A stretch of 64,000 nt of DNA from an uncultured Candidatus Saccharibacteria bacterium (GTDB lineage Bacteria; Patescibacteriota; Minisyncoccia; Phycocordibacterales; PALSA-1337): contig CAYQFS010000002.1 of assembly GCA_964416985.1 (NCBI GenBank), forward strand, positions 57,155 through 121,154, given 5' to 3'. This document shows, piece by piece, positions 28,286 to 36,055 of this stretch. Below the pieces are notes generated by a model that saw only the letters and a list, made by a program, of their open reading frames with translations, did no database searches and was not told the DNA's origin. A program made the translations under genes and the position numbers. The stretch's first letter is position 1, and each line of letters opens with the position of its first letter.

Positions 28286-29059
28286 ATGAATAAAGAAATC
28301 CCAGATTTTTTTGAAATATTCGACCTCAAACCTGTACCAAAGAAGGTGCTTTTGGATATTGTTAAGCACGGAGATTCCTCTGTCGCAAATATTGCCGCAC
28401 GGCTCAATATGCCAAAATCGACCGTCTATGATGCCCTCTCCCCTCTTATCGCCAAAAGTCTCATAAATGAGTATAGTGGTGACCATGGTAAAACATTTGG
28501 AATATCAGATACTGAACAGCTTACCCGAGTCCATGCGGAGAAAATGGAGGAACTCAAAAAGGCTCACTCTTCCCTTCTTTCATTTATTCAAAACCACAAA
28601 GCAGAAAATAGTGTTGCTCAGCCAAAAATTAAATTTTATTCAGGAATCCTGGGAATCAAACAGGCATTTCGCGACACGCCATGGGTAAAGGAGCATAAGG
28701 AAACATACATGCTCTGGCCAACCACGGACATGATTGACATTGATGAAGCATTTTTTAAGTGGCACGGTACGCAGCGTTTCGCTTATAAGGTTTTCATTTA
28801 TGCAGTCGAGAAACATGCCGATCGAAAACTTCAGACTAAAAAACACGAATGGCTTAAAAATGATTCGAAAGAAAATCTTGTGAAAGTACGATATCTACCA
28901 AAAGGAACTGACGTAAAAATGAGCTACTGGATTTACGGAGATAAAGTTCTTTTTGCAAGTGGTGGTGCTGAAAAAATTGCCTTTACTGTTCATAGCAAAG
29001 AATTTTCACAGATGATGAAGATTATGTGGCAAAACACGTGGGACAATTCAAAAGAATAA
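28286..29059 (+). CDS. TrmB-family transcriptional regulator (N-terminal wHTH plus C-terminal TrmB-like domain)
   Basis: DLKPVPKKVLLDIVKHGDSSVANIAARLNMPKSTVYDALSPLIAKSLI is a TrmB-type HTH. 257 aa is a typical full length. It is divergently oriented and embedded in the liv cluster. Confidence 0.6.
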   Translation: MNKEIPDFFEIFDLKPVPKKVLLDIVKHGDSSVANIAARLNMPKSTVYDALSPLIAKSLINEYSGDHGKTFGISDTEQLTRVHAEKMEELKKAHSSLLSFIQNHKAENSVAQPKIKFYSGILGIKQAFRDTPWVKEHKETYMLWPTTDMIDIDEAFFKWHGTQRFAYKVFIYAVEKHADRKLQTKKHEWLKNDSKENLVKVRYLPKGTDVKMSYWIYGDKVLFASGGAEKIAFTVHSKEFSQMMKIMWQNTWDNSKE

Positions 29060-29926
29060 TCACTTCTTCAATATTCCCTGCGGTCTGAAGAGAAGGAAAA
29101 TAATGAGCACTCCGAATGCAATTGCATCTTTCCATTCTCCTGATATCTTCCAAATTCCAAAGTTTTCGATGAATCCGAGGAAAAATGCACCAAGTACTCC
29201 TCCATAAATATTTCCAATTCCCCCGATGATGGAAGCAATAACTCCCTTCAAGAGAAGTGAGAGGCCCATTGTGGGTTCGATTCCTGTATCAAATCCAACG
29301 AGAATTCCAGCGAGGCCTGCGATCGCAGAGCCGATGAAGAAAACTTTGCCAATAACTTTTTTTGTATCAATTCCAACAATCTTTGAAACTTCCTCATCAT
29401 CCCCTACTGCCTTAATTGCTTTTCCAAAAATTGTAAATTTAAGGACACACGCCATAATCGCCATGATGACCAAACCGGTAACAAGAATAACAAGCTGAAC
29501 TTCAGTGATAATTCCTCCTAAAATGTTAAAAACTCTCCCGGCTCCGGCACTCTGTGTCAATGTCTGAAACTGACTTGTAAAAAAGATGGCGATAATTGCC
29601 TGAAGTGCCGTGAAGGCTCCGAGCGCACCGACCAGAAGAACCATTCCTGAAGATTTTCTTTCGCGAAGTGGTGCGTAGACGAGACGATAGATGATGTAGC
29701 CAATGAGTCCGGCAATTATTACTCCGATCACAATAGATGCATAGAGATTGAAACCGAGAATTTTATAAAAATAGAAGACGGCATATCCTCCAACTGCCGT
29801 GAGTGCTCCATACCCAAGGTCAAAAAACCTCACTGTTCCGTAGATTAAATTAAAACCAAGGGCGACCATTGTGTAGATCGCTCCGGCAATAATGCTGTTG
29901 ACCACCAGTTGAGGAATGATGTCCAT
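29060..29926 (-). CDS. livH: ABC transporter permease, LivH-like
   Basis: Polytopic permease (IAGAIYTMVALGFNLIYGTVRFFDLGYGA). It lies tail-to-tail with the TrmB regulator, with a zero-bp gap. Confidence 0.8.
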   Translation of the reverse strand: MDIIPQLVVNSIIAGAIYTMVALGFNLIYGTVRFFDLGYGALTAVGGYAVFYFYKILGFNLYASIVIGVIIAGLIGYIIYRLVYAPLRERKSSGMVLLVGALGAFTALQAIIAIFFTSQFQTLTQSAGAGRVFNILGGIITEVQLVILVTGLVIMAIMACVLKFTIFGKAIKAVGDDEEVSKIVGIDTKKVIGKVFFIGSAIAGLAGILVGFDTGIEPTMGLSLLLKGVIASIIGGIGNIYGGVLGAFFLGFIENFGIWKISGEWKDAIAFGVLIIFLLFRPQGILKK

Positions 29927-29965
29927 ATGAAGATGTTGGGTTAAGTATAGCGTCTAAAATGTTGA

Positions 29966-29993
29966 TTGACAAAGAGGGTTGGTTTGGTAGACT
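29966..29993 (+). promoter_or_regulatory. Promoter-like element TTGACA-N16-TGgTAGACT containing the 12-mer TTGGTTTGGTAG
   Basis: Consensus -35 plus an extended -10. The same 12-mer in the same promoter context recurs at 53066-53077. Confidence 0.4.
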
Positions 29994-29999
29994 TTAGGT

Positions 30000-30135
30000 A
30001 TCAATCTCTGATGTAGTAAGTCCCCCTGGGCTACGGCCTCCGGACCCAAGTATTGGGCAATTGGTGCAAAGGCGTTGAGGGAAATGTAGGGGCCCCTCCA
30101 AGGTTGACTGAAGAAGACCTGTTATGGGTCTTTTT
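30000..30135 (+). ncRNA. Candidate small structured RNA (about 135 nt), or on the other strand the structured 5' leader of livH; identity unknown
   Basis: GC-rich (GTCCCCCTGGGCTACGGCCTCCGGACCCAAG ... GGGGCCCCTCC) in an AT-rich intergenic region. It ends in GAAGACC-tgttatg-GGTCTTT plus a T-run on the plus strand. No plausible CDS. The minus strand reads UUGGGUCCGGAGGCCGUAGCCCAGG, loosely reminiscent of SRP RNA domain IV. Confidence 0.3.
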
Positions 30136-30529
30136 CGTTGTGCTTTCTATCCTTTACAGAAAAGAAATGTTTTGGTCCATCATTAATTCTTCTGATAATA
30201 ACATAGACAAATTTTTCATCCATTTTTTTCCGAAGTTCCCAAAATTCTGCTACTGAGCCTGGCAAGCCTTTATTTTTAGTTCGAATATTTTTTATATAAC
30301 CCGAATATTGCAAGGTCTTCTGAATGATCAATGACGCATGTTCGAAAAGATGAATCTTTCTCATTTGCTCAGATCTTTTCCTTAATTTACCTTTTTTCAT
30401 CAAGAGATGATCGAATCCTTCTTGGGTAAAATAAACCCTTTCACCTCCAAAGGCCGGACACTCAACATATCCAATCTTTTTATACTCCTCATATCTTTCT
30501 TTTACAAATCTCTTCCAATCTTTCTCCAT
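30122..30529 (-). CDS. Hypothetical protein (135 aa), last gene of the pilus-locus transcription direction
   Basis: Intact ORF with basic/charged composition. No recognisable domain. Confidence 0.45.
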   Translation of the reverse strand: MEKDWKRFVKERYEEYKKIGYVECPAFGGERVYFTQEGFDHLLMKKGKLRKRSEQMRKIHLFEHASLIIQKTLQYSGYIKNIRTKNKGLPGSVAEFWELRKKMDEKFVYVIIRRINDGPKHFFSVKDRKHNEKDP

Positions 30530-30541
30530 TCATATTTTCAA

Positions 30542-30916
30542 TTAATCTATTGAAATAACCTCCACCCCTTGCACCCCAAGCCTCACTGTCGCTTTTCGAT
30601 ACACAAGTGCGTTCATATAATTTCCGACTGCAGTTATCTTCCTTAGATCACCATCTTTTTCAACAGAGAGAATTGAACAATGAAACTGCGAAATTGGAAT
30701 TGGAGAAGCTGGTTCAAAAAAATAATCGTGAGCGAGAGCAAGGATTGCCTGATCGAGACAGTCGTAGGCGTAGTAGTAATTCATGGCTCGATATTCCTTT
30801 TTCATTGCCTGGTCAAAAAAGAGTGCGGAATCGATTGATGAAACGAGAACAAGAGCGAGGAGAGTTCCCGCTACGCTTAAGACCAGTGTCAGTGCAATAA
30901 ATCCTCTGTTATTCAT
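30542..30916 (-). CDS. Prepilin-like protein (type IV pilin-like N-terminus lacking Glu+5)
   Basis: Start chosen at MNNRG, followed by FIALTLVLSVAGTLLALVLV. This is a short basic leader ending in Gly plus a hydrophobic helix, as in minor pilins/pseudopilins. Confidence 0.45.
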   Translation of the reverse strand: MNNRGFIALTLVLSVAGTLLALVLVSSIDSALFFDQAMKKEYRAMNYYYAYDCLDQAILALAHDYFFEPASPIPISQFHCSILSVEKDGDLRKITAVGNYMNALVYRKATVRLGVQGVEVISID

Positions 30917-31070
30917 ATCTAAATAAGTGTGATAAGCCAGACAATTGCCCCGACGATGGCTCCATAGAAACAAAGACTTCCAACGAGAAGAAAGCAAAGT
31001 GTTGGTACAACAAAATCCATTTCATTTTTTTCTATTTTATTTTCTTTTTTCATATATTTCTTTGTTAATG

Positions 31071-31238
31071 TTATTCATGATATTTTTCTAAAAGTAACTC
31101 CTGTTCATGCTCACTCTGGCTGGCAGCTCTCTCCTCCGAGCCAATGAGCATGTACACCGAGGAAATGACTCCAACCATGAGAAGCGAGAGAAGGGCAATG
31201 TAGACCAGTGTTTCGATGAGAGTGATTCCTTTATTCAT
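31071..31238 (-). CDS. Short type IV pilin: leader MNKG, mature about 51 aa consisting essentially of the N-terminal alpha1 helix
   Basis: Internal start of ORF 31071..31316. MNKG|ITLIETLVYIALLSLLMVGVISSVYML fits the class III signal (cleavage after Gly, Glu at +5). No globular domain follows. Confidence 0.6.
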   Translation of the reverse strand: MNKGITLIETLVYIALLSLLMVGVISSVYMLIGSEERAASQSEHEQELLLEKYHE

Positions 31239-31257
31239 ATATTCATGGTTTGAAATG

Positions 31258-32604
31258 TTAGTTTGAAAGTAATACCGCGAACCCTTTTCTATCTCCTGAG
31301 GCAAAATAGAAAGCATTTCCGTCGCAGGTCATGGCCTGGGGGAAAAATCCAAGAGGATACTCGAAAATCTTTGCGGACAAATCTCTTTTCCAGATCTGGA
31401 ATTCTTTGTTAACAAGGCGTGTAGCAACAAACAAAGTCTCCGGCTGCATGACTATTCCATAGACACCTCCGGGAATATCGTGAGAAAAAGCTGTTGCAAG
31501 GGGCGATGTGGTGGAGAAGGAAAAAAGTTCGTGATTAAGAAGAACATTAAATCCTCCTGTGGTTCTTCCAAGAGAGAGTTTTCCTTCAAAATATGAGAGG
31601 CTCTTCCCCTCCTGAGTCTCCCAGCCGGTCGGAGAAAAAGATTCAATCTGGGAAATGGCCAAAGGATTCCTCACATCAAGAATTCTCATCTGCCCTTGGT
31701 CAGAAGCTGCAACAAATGCAAGGCCATCACGGACGTATATATCGTTAATGAGGGTATCGGTCTTGAAACCTCCAAGATATTTCGGAGTAGCCGGATTTGA
31801 GACATCAATAACATTAAACTCATTTCCGTCCCATTTTTTCGTACCTATATATACGAGACCCTTGCTGTAGAAAATTGCAGTTGCTGCAGGAGCAGTCGAT
31901 GATGCAAACGGAAGGGGTAGTTTGAATTTAGACCTGAGAATTGGAGAAGACCTGTTCGAAATATCGATTATCTGAAGCTGGTTTGTACCTCCTGTATTTG
32001 AAGCAAAAATGTATGGTCCGGCAACTTCGATACGTGAAAGGCCTGGTCCAGTATCGAGAGAGGAGATGATGTGTGAAGATGTTGGATTTCGTGCATCGAC
32101 TATATATATGTCTGGGTCAGAAGCAGTTGCGGAGTCGGCCGTGAGATATACAAAACCGTTTCTTGCCTCAAGATCAGTACTCACGTTTCCAGATCCGAGA
32201 TCAACCCCCTGAGAATACAAGTGGATATTTTGCTGCTGTTCATTAAAAGCAATTCTTGGATTGCAGCTATCTCTTCCCCACCCCACCTGCGTATCAGAAG
32301 AAAGTATGGTGAGGGGCCCAATCTCAAATTGCCTCGTATCATTTCCATAGGGAGTTTCCGAAAAGCGGGTAGTGGAAGCAAAGGCATGATGAGCCAGAAA
32401 ATAATCTGCATTGTTAATTGATTTCTTGACGTCCTCGAGTGACTTCACTCCTGTTTCTCGAAGTTTCTGCATAGTTGCCGAAAGGACGAGAGCTGAAATG
32501 AGAAAAAGTGTCATGAGAGAAAAGGCAATCATTGCTTCAGGAATGAGAAAGCCCGACGTTCTCACATTTGGAAAATTATTTTGTAAGATGATTTGTAATT
32601 TCAT
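31258..32604 (-). CDS. Large pilin-like protein (about 448 aa): prepilin N-terminus (G|FLIPE) fused to an LVIVD-repeat beta-propeller domain
   Basis: RTSG|FLIPEAMIAFSLMTLFLISALVL is a prepilin peptidase motif with Glu at +5. Downstream there are at least four repeats of the LVIVD type (IYIVDARNPTSSHI, LQIIDISNRSSPIL, FNVIDVSNPATPKYL, MRILDVRNPLAISQI). Confidence 0.6.
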   Translation of the reverse strand: MKLQIILQNNFPNVRTSGFLIPEAMIAFSLMTLFLISALVLSATMQKLRETGVKSLEDVKKSINNADYFLAHHAFASTTRFSETPYGNDTRQFEIGPLTILSSDTQVGWGRDSCNPRIAFNEQQQNIHLYSQGVDLGSGNVSTDLEARNGFVYLTADSATASDPDIYIVDARNPTSSHIISSLDTGPGLSRIEVAGPYIFASNTGGTNQLQIIDISNRSSPILRSKFKLPLPFASSTAPAATAIFYSKGLVYIGTKKWDGNEFNVIDVSNPATPKYLGGFKTDTLINDIYVRDGLAFVAASDQGQMRILDVRNPLAISQIESFSPTGWETQEGKSLSYFEGKLSLGRTTGGFNVLLNHELFSFSTTSPLATAFSHDIPGGVYGIVMQPETLFVATRLVNKEFQIWKRDLSAKIFEYPLGFFPQAMTCDGNAFYFASGDRKGFAVLLSN

Positions 32605-33616
32605 AAATTGGAAGAATAATGGAGAGAGCGACCGAGCCCACAATGAGCCCCATCCCGATCATGAGCACAGGTTCGATCACTGTTGAAAGCTGCTTTATAA
32701 AATTATCGAGCTCCTGCTCGTACATTTTTGAAATATGAGTAAGCATCGAAGAAAGAGAGCCGGTTCTCTCCCCAATAAAAAGCATACTCGGGACAAGTTC
32801 AGGAAAAATCTGAGGAGAAGATTTCATTGACTGAGACAGAGAAACGCCTTTGATAACTTCTTCATGGCAACTCTGCCATCCTGCGCGGTACGGTTCATAC
32901 GAAGGAGACCCAGCCGCCTGTCCGAGGATAGATGAGAGCGACTGACCATTTTCAAGGAGCACTCCCATTGATCGAAGTGAGGTACTCACGAAGTACTTTT
33001 TAATACTTTCTCCGACAACAGGAATTCGTAAAAATAATTTTTGAAAAAACCATCGAAAAGCTGTGTTCTTCTTGTAAAGAATTTGAAAAATAATGAGAAG
33101 TAGAATTCCTGAACAGCAAACCCACAAACCATACCGAAGCGAGAAAAGATAGAGAGCCCTCACTGCTCGTGTAAGAAACGGTAACTTTATATTCATACTT
33201 GAAAAAAGAGGAATGATTTTTGGAAAAATATACATAACTAGAAAAAGGGTCATAGCAACGGTCGCAGTGGCAATGAAAGACGGATACATGAGCGCCCCAA
33301 GCATCTTTTTCTTGAGTTCCCCTCCTTTTTCCATTACGTGGTAGGCCTGACGAAGAGAGAGCGCAAGCGTCCCCGAGCTTTCTCCGTTTTTTATCATTGA
33401 AACAAGAGTCGGATCAAATCGGACTTTGGTAAGGGTCATACTTTTTGAAAATGAAACTCCTTTTTCGACGCTATCCCTCATGATTCCCAAAATTCTTTTG
33501 CCTTTCTTTGATTTTTCCATATTGAAAATAATAGAAAGAGTTTCCCCAAGAGAAATTCCCGATTCGATAAGTACCGCCGATCTGTGAATGAAGGCGAGTT
33601 GTTCTTTTTTATTCAT
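32576..33616 (-). CDS. pilC: Type IV pilus / type II secretion platform protein (PilC/GspF family)
   Basis: Two GspF-type repeats with 3 TM segments (SLRQAYHVMEKGGEL ..., EPVLMIGMGLIVGSVALSIILPIYEI). Confidence 0.85.
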   Translation of the reverse strand: MNKKEQLAFIHRSAVLIESGISLGETLSIIFNMEKSKKGKRILGIMRDSVEKGVSFSKSMTLTKVRFDPTLVSMIKNGESSGTLALSLRQAYHVMEKGGELKKKMLGALMYPSFIATATVAMTLFLVMYIFPKIIPLFSSMNIKLPFLTRAVRALYLFSLRYGLWVCCSGILLLIIFQILYKKNTAFRWFFQKLFLRIPVVGESIKKYFVSTSLRSMGVLLENGQSLSSILGQAAGSPSYEPYRAGWQSCHEEVIKGVSLSQSMKSSPQIFPELVPSMLFIGERTGSLSSMLTHISKMYEQELDNFIKQLSTVIEPVLMIGMGLIVGSVALSIILPIYEITNHLTK

Positions 33617-33628
33617 GACTTTGTTTAA

Positions 33629-34783
33629 TTATTCATGCAGGACTCTCAAAACTTCTTCTTTTGTCGTAATCCCTCTTTCGACTTTTTCCATTCCATCCTC
33701 GTACATCGTCATCATCCCGGAAACTTTTGCATACCTGCCAATTTCCGAAAGTGAAATACGAGACATAATGTACTTTCTCATTTCCTCATCGATGACAAGA
33801 GTCTCAGCAACAACCACCCTTCCTTTGTACCCAGATTTTCCACACAATGTACAACCAATTCCCTTGCACTCCTGACACACTTTTCGAACAAGCCTCTGGG
33901 CAATAACGAGCGAGATAGTCGATGCCACAAGGTAGGGATCAACCCCCATATCAATGAGGCGTGGAATAGCCCCAAGAGCCGAATTTGTATGAAGTGTCGA
34001 AAGTAAAAGGTGACCGGTGAGAGAAATATTTGTAGCGATCTGAGCAGTTTCAGTGTCTCGTATTTCTCCGACCATGATGATGTCAGGGTCCTGCCGTACG
34101 ATGGAGCGCAGACCATTTGCAAATGTAATGCCATGACGCTCCCTAATCTGGATCTGGCGAATTCCCGATATCGCGTATTCGATCGGATCCTCTAGAGTCA
34201 CGATCGACTGCTCTTCCCTTGCAAGAAGCTTTACGAGTGTATAAAGAGACGAAGTTTTTCCTGAACCAGTAGGACCGGTAACAAGAATCATTCCCTGGTG
34301 ATAACCAAGGCTCCGGAGAATTCTTTCTTCGTCATGTTCTGAAAAGCCAAGTTTTGAAAGCGTTGGCTCGTCCCGATTTCCCACAAGAAGCCTCAGAACT
34401 GCATTTTCTCCGTAATGTGTTGGGACAATTGACACTCGAACATCACATTCACAAATCTCCTGAGAAAACCTGAACCTTCCGTCTTGTGGTACAAAATGAA
34501 CATCAGTCCGTAGCCCAGCCAGTATTTTTATTCGTGCAATGAGTTCCTCATGAACATCCATATCGAGAGTATCCATATATATGAGTACCCCATCAATCCT
34601 AAATCGAATGATCACTCCCTCTGGACTTGGATCTATGTGAATATCCGAAGCTGATCGGTGATAGCCGAACATGATGAGTGAATCAGCAAGCTCCACAATC
34701 GACTGAATATCATGAAGCATCCGCTCATTATGTATGATGTCGTATATCTTTTCTTTCATAGCTCGAGGATACCAGGTGAGCAA
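33629..34783 (-). CDS. pilB: Type IV pilus assembly ATPase, PilB/GspE family (short form lacking the N1 domain; C-terminal tetracysteine motif)
   Basis: Walker A VTGPTGSGKTSS, Asp box, Walker B DPDIIMVGEIRD, His box LSTLHTNSA, and CQECKG ... CTLCGKSG zinc motif. The last distinguishes PilB/GspE from PilT. Confidence 0.85.
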   Translation of the reverse strand: MLTWYPRAMKEKIYDIIHNERMLHDIQSIVELADSLIMFGYHRSASDIHIDPSPEGVIIRFRIDGVLIYMDTLDMDVHEELIARIKILAGLRTDVHFVPQDGRFRFSQEICECDVRVSIVPTHYGENAVLRLLVGNRDEPTLSKLGFSEHDEERILRSLGYHQGMILVTGPTGSGKTSSLYTLVKLLAREEQSIVTLEDPIEYAISGIRQIQIRERHGITFANGLRSIVRQDPDIIMVGEIRDTETAQIATNISLTGHLLLSTLHTNSALGAIPRLIDMGVDPYLVASTISLVIAQRLVRKVCQECKGIGCTLCGKSGYKGRVVVAETLVIDEEMRKYIMSRISLSEIGRYAKVSGMMTMYEDGMEKVERGITTKEEVLRVLHE

Positions 34784-34968
34784 TAAAGAAATACCTAAAA
34801 ATAAATAAAATTTTGATAAAGTCGCATTTTGTCAAGGTTTTCTCTCGGGAGAAATCCCACCTGCTTGTTTTTTTGAATTAGTGTGGTATATTGTCGTCTG
34901 GCTTTGTTCTTCCAAATAATGATTTGAGAGGTATATGCAAGGCTAAAAACGGCAACCGATCGATAACT

Positions 34969-35910
34969 ATGATTGAAACCCAGAAGATGATAACGGACCT
35001 CAAAAGAGGCGCTTTACAGGGAATTACTGCTCTACAAATGCTCGCAGAGGAAGGTGTAAGATTCATCTGTGCATCGGGCACGGGCGGATCCGGAAAAGAC
35101 CTTCAGCTTGATCTTGTGGAGGCAACGCTCGTTCATAACAACAAAATTGTCGTCCACGTGAGCACGAGTGCAGCCATCAGGCATCACAAGCAAGGTGAGG
35201 ATGCTCTCGGTAAAAGTTTGACAGCTACATCAGGTAACGAAAAAAAGGGTGTTTTATTCCCTGACGAACCGACACTTGCTGCACTTGCATGCGATGTGCT
35301 TGTATTCTATTCAAAAAACTTCCGTGAAGTTCTTTTCAGCGGTTTCCCTCGAGGGAAGGAGCAGCCTAAGCTTGCTTTATCCATCAAGGGGGCGACGATT
35401 CAGCATTACAACGTCGGCCTACGCACCGCCCTCACTCGAGCAATGATGAGAACAAAACAAAGGCTTAAATTCGGTTTAGAACCAAGGGAGGATGATAGCC
35501 TTAGCACGGTGAGAGATCGCTTCCACGATCACATGAATAATACCATCCCCGAGCTCAGGAAACTCGATGCTCTACACCCCCATCGGATAAAATGGATCAA
35601 CGGTGATCAGCCGATCGCAGCCGTACTCCACGATTCACTCGAGTCCATGGGATATGAGCCAAGATTGATCGACTATTGCCTAAGCACCTTTGGACGTCGA
35701 GAGGGAGGGGTTGCCAAGATTATGGCAGAAATTGAGGGACCTGAAGCGGTACCGACAGGACGTCCGATGGAACGGACTCCCCAATCCTCCAGAATCAAGC
35801 GGCCAGAATTGACTTCCTCGACCATCAGAATCCCGACCCACTTCCTTGGACAAGGAACAAGAGAGATCTTTCTGCGTGGTGCTCAGCCTCGGTCATCGGC
35901 TTGCGCCTGA
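34969..35910 (+). CDS. Divergent adenylate-kinase-family (NMP kinase-like) protein with non-canonical P-loop and about 130-aa C-terminal extension; GC-elevated gene
   Basis: ICASGTGGSGKDLQ vs AK GAPGAGKGTQ. STSAAIRHH vs STGDMLRAA. VLFSGFPRGKEQ vs LLDGFPRTIPQ. REDDSLSTVRDRFHDH vs RKDDQEETVRKRLVEYH. The catalytic Arg positions are conserved. Alternative start at 34891. About 50% GC versus about 40% background. Confidence 0.5.
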   Translation: MIETQKMITDLKRGALQGITALQMLAEEGVRFICASGTGGSGKDLQLDLVEATLVHNNKIVVHVSTSAAIRHHKQGEDALGKSLTATSGNEKKGVLFPDEPTLAALACDVLVFYSKNFREVLFSGFPRGKEQPKLALSIKGATIQHYNVGLRTALTRAMMRTKQRLKFGLEPREDDSLSTVRDRFHDHMNNTIPELRKLDALHPHRIKWINGDQPIAAVLHDSLESMGYEPRLIDYCLSTFGRREGGVAKIMAEIEGPEAVPTGRPMERTPQSSRIKRPELTSSTIRIPTHFLGQGTREIFLRGAQPRSSACA

Positions 35911-35941
35911 CTCAAATCACCTAAGAAAATTACACAAAGCT

Positions 35942-35977
35942 GCGGCAGGTCATCACGACTGCCGCTCTTTCTTTTAT
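35942..35977 (+). terminator. Intrinsic terminator GCGGCAG-N10-CTGCCGC followed by TCTTTCTTTTAT
   Basis: 7-bp GC stem 30 nt after the stop at 35910. Confidence 0.55.
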
Positions 35978-36055
35978 ATAGATTCATCAGGAAGTTGACT
36001 TTTACCCCATTTTTATGCTTTACTATAGCCTCATAAAGGCCTCCGGCTTTTTTTA

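Noticed and set aside
30921-31049. 44-aa minus-strand mini-ORF (MKKENKIEKNEMDFVVPTLCFLLVGSLCFYGAIVGAIVWLITLI) between the short pilin and the pilin-like gene
   Set aside because: It is plausible as a small TM protein. But it overlaps the alternative upstream extension of the 30542..30997 ORF in another frame. With no conservation data, it is too uncertain to list as a feature.
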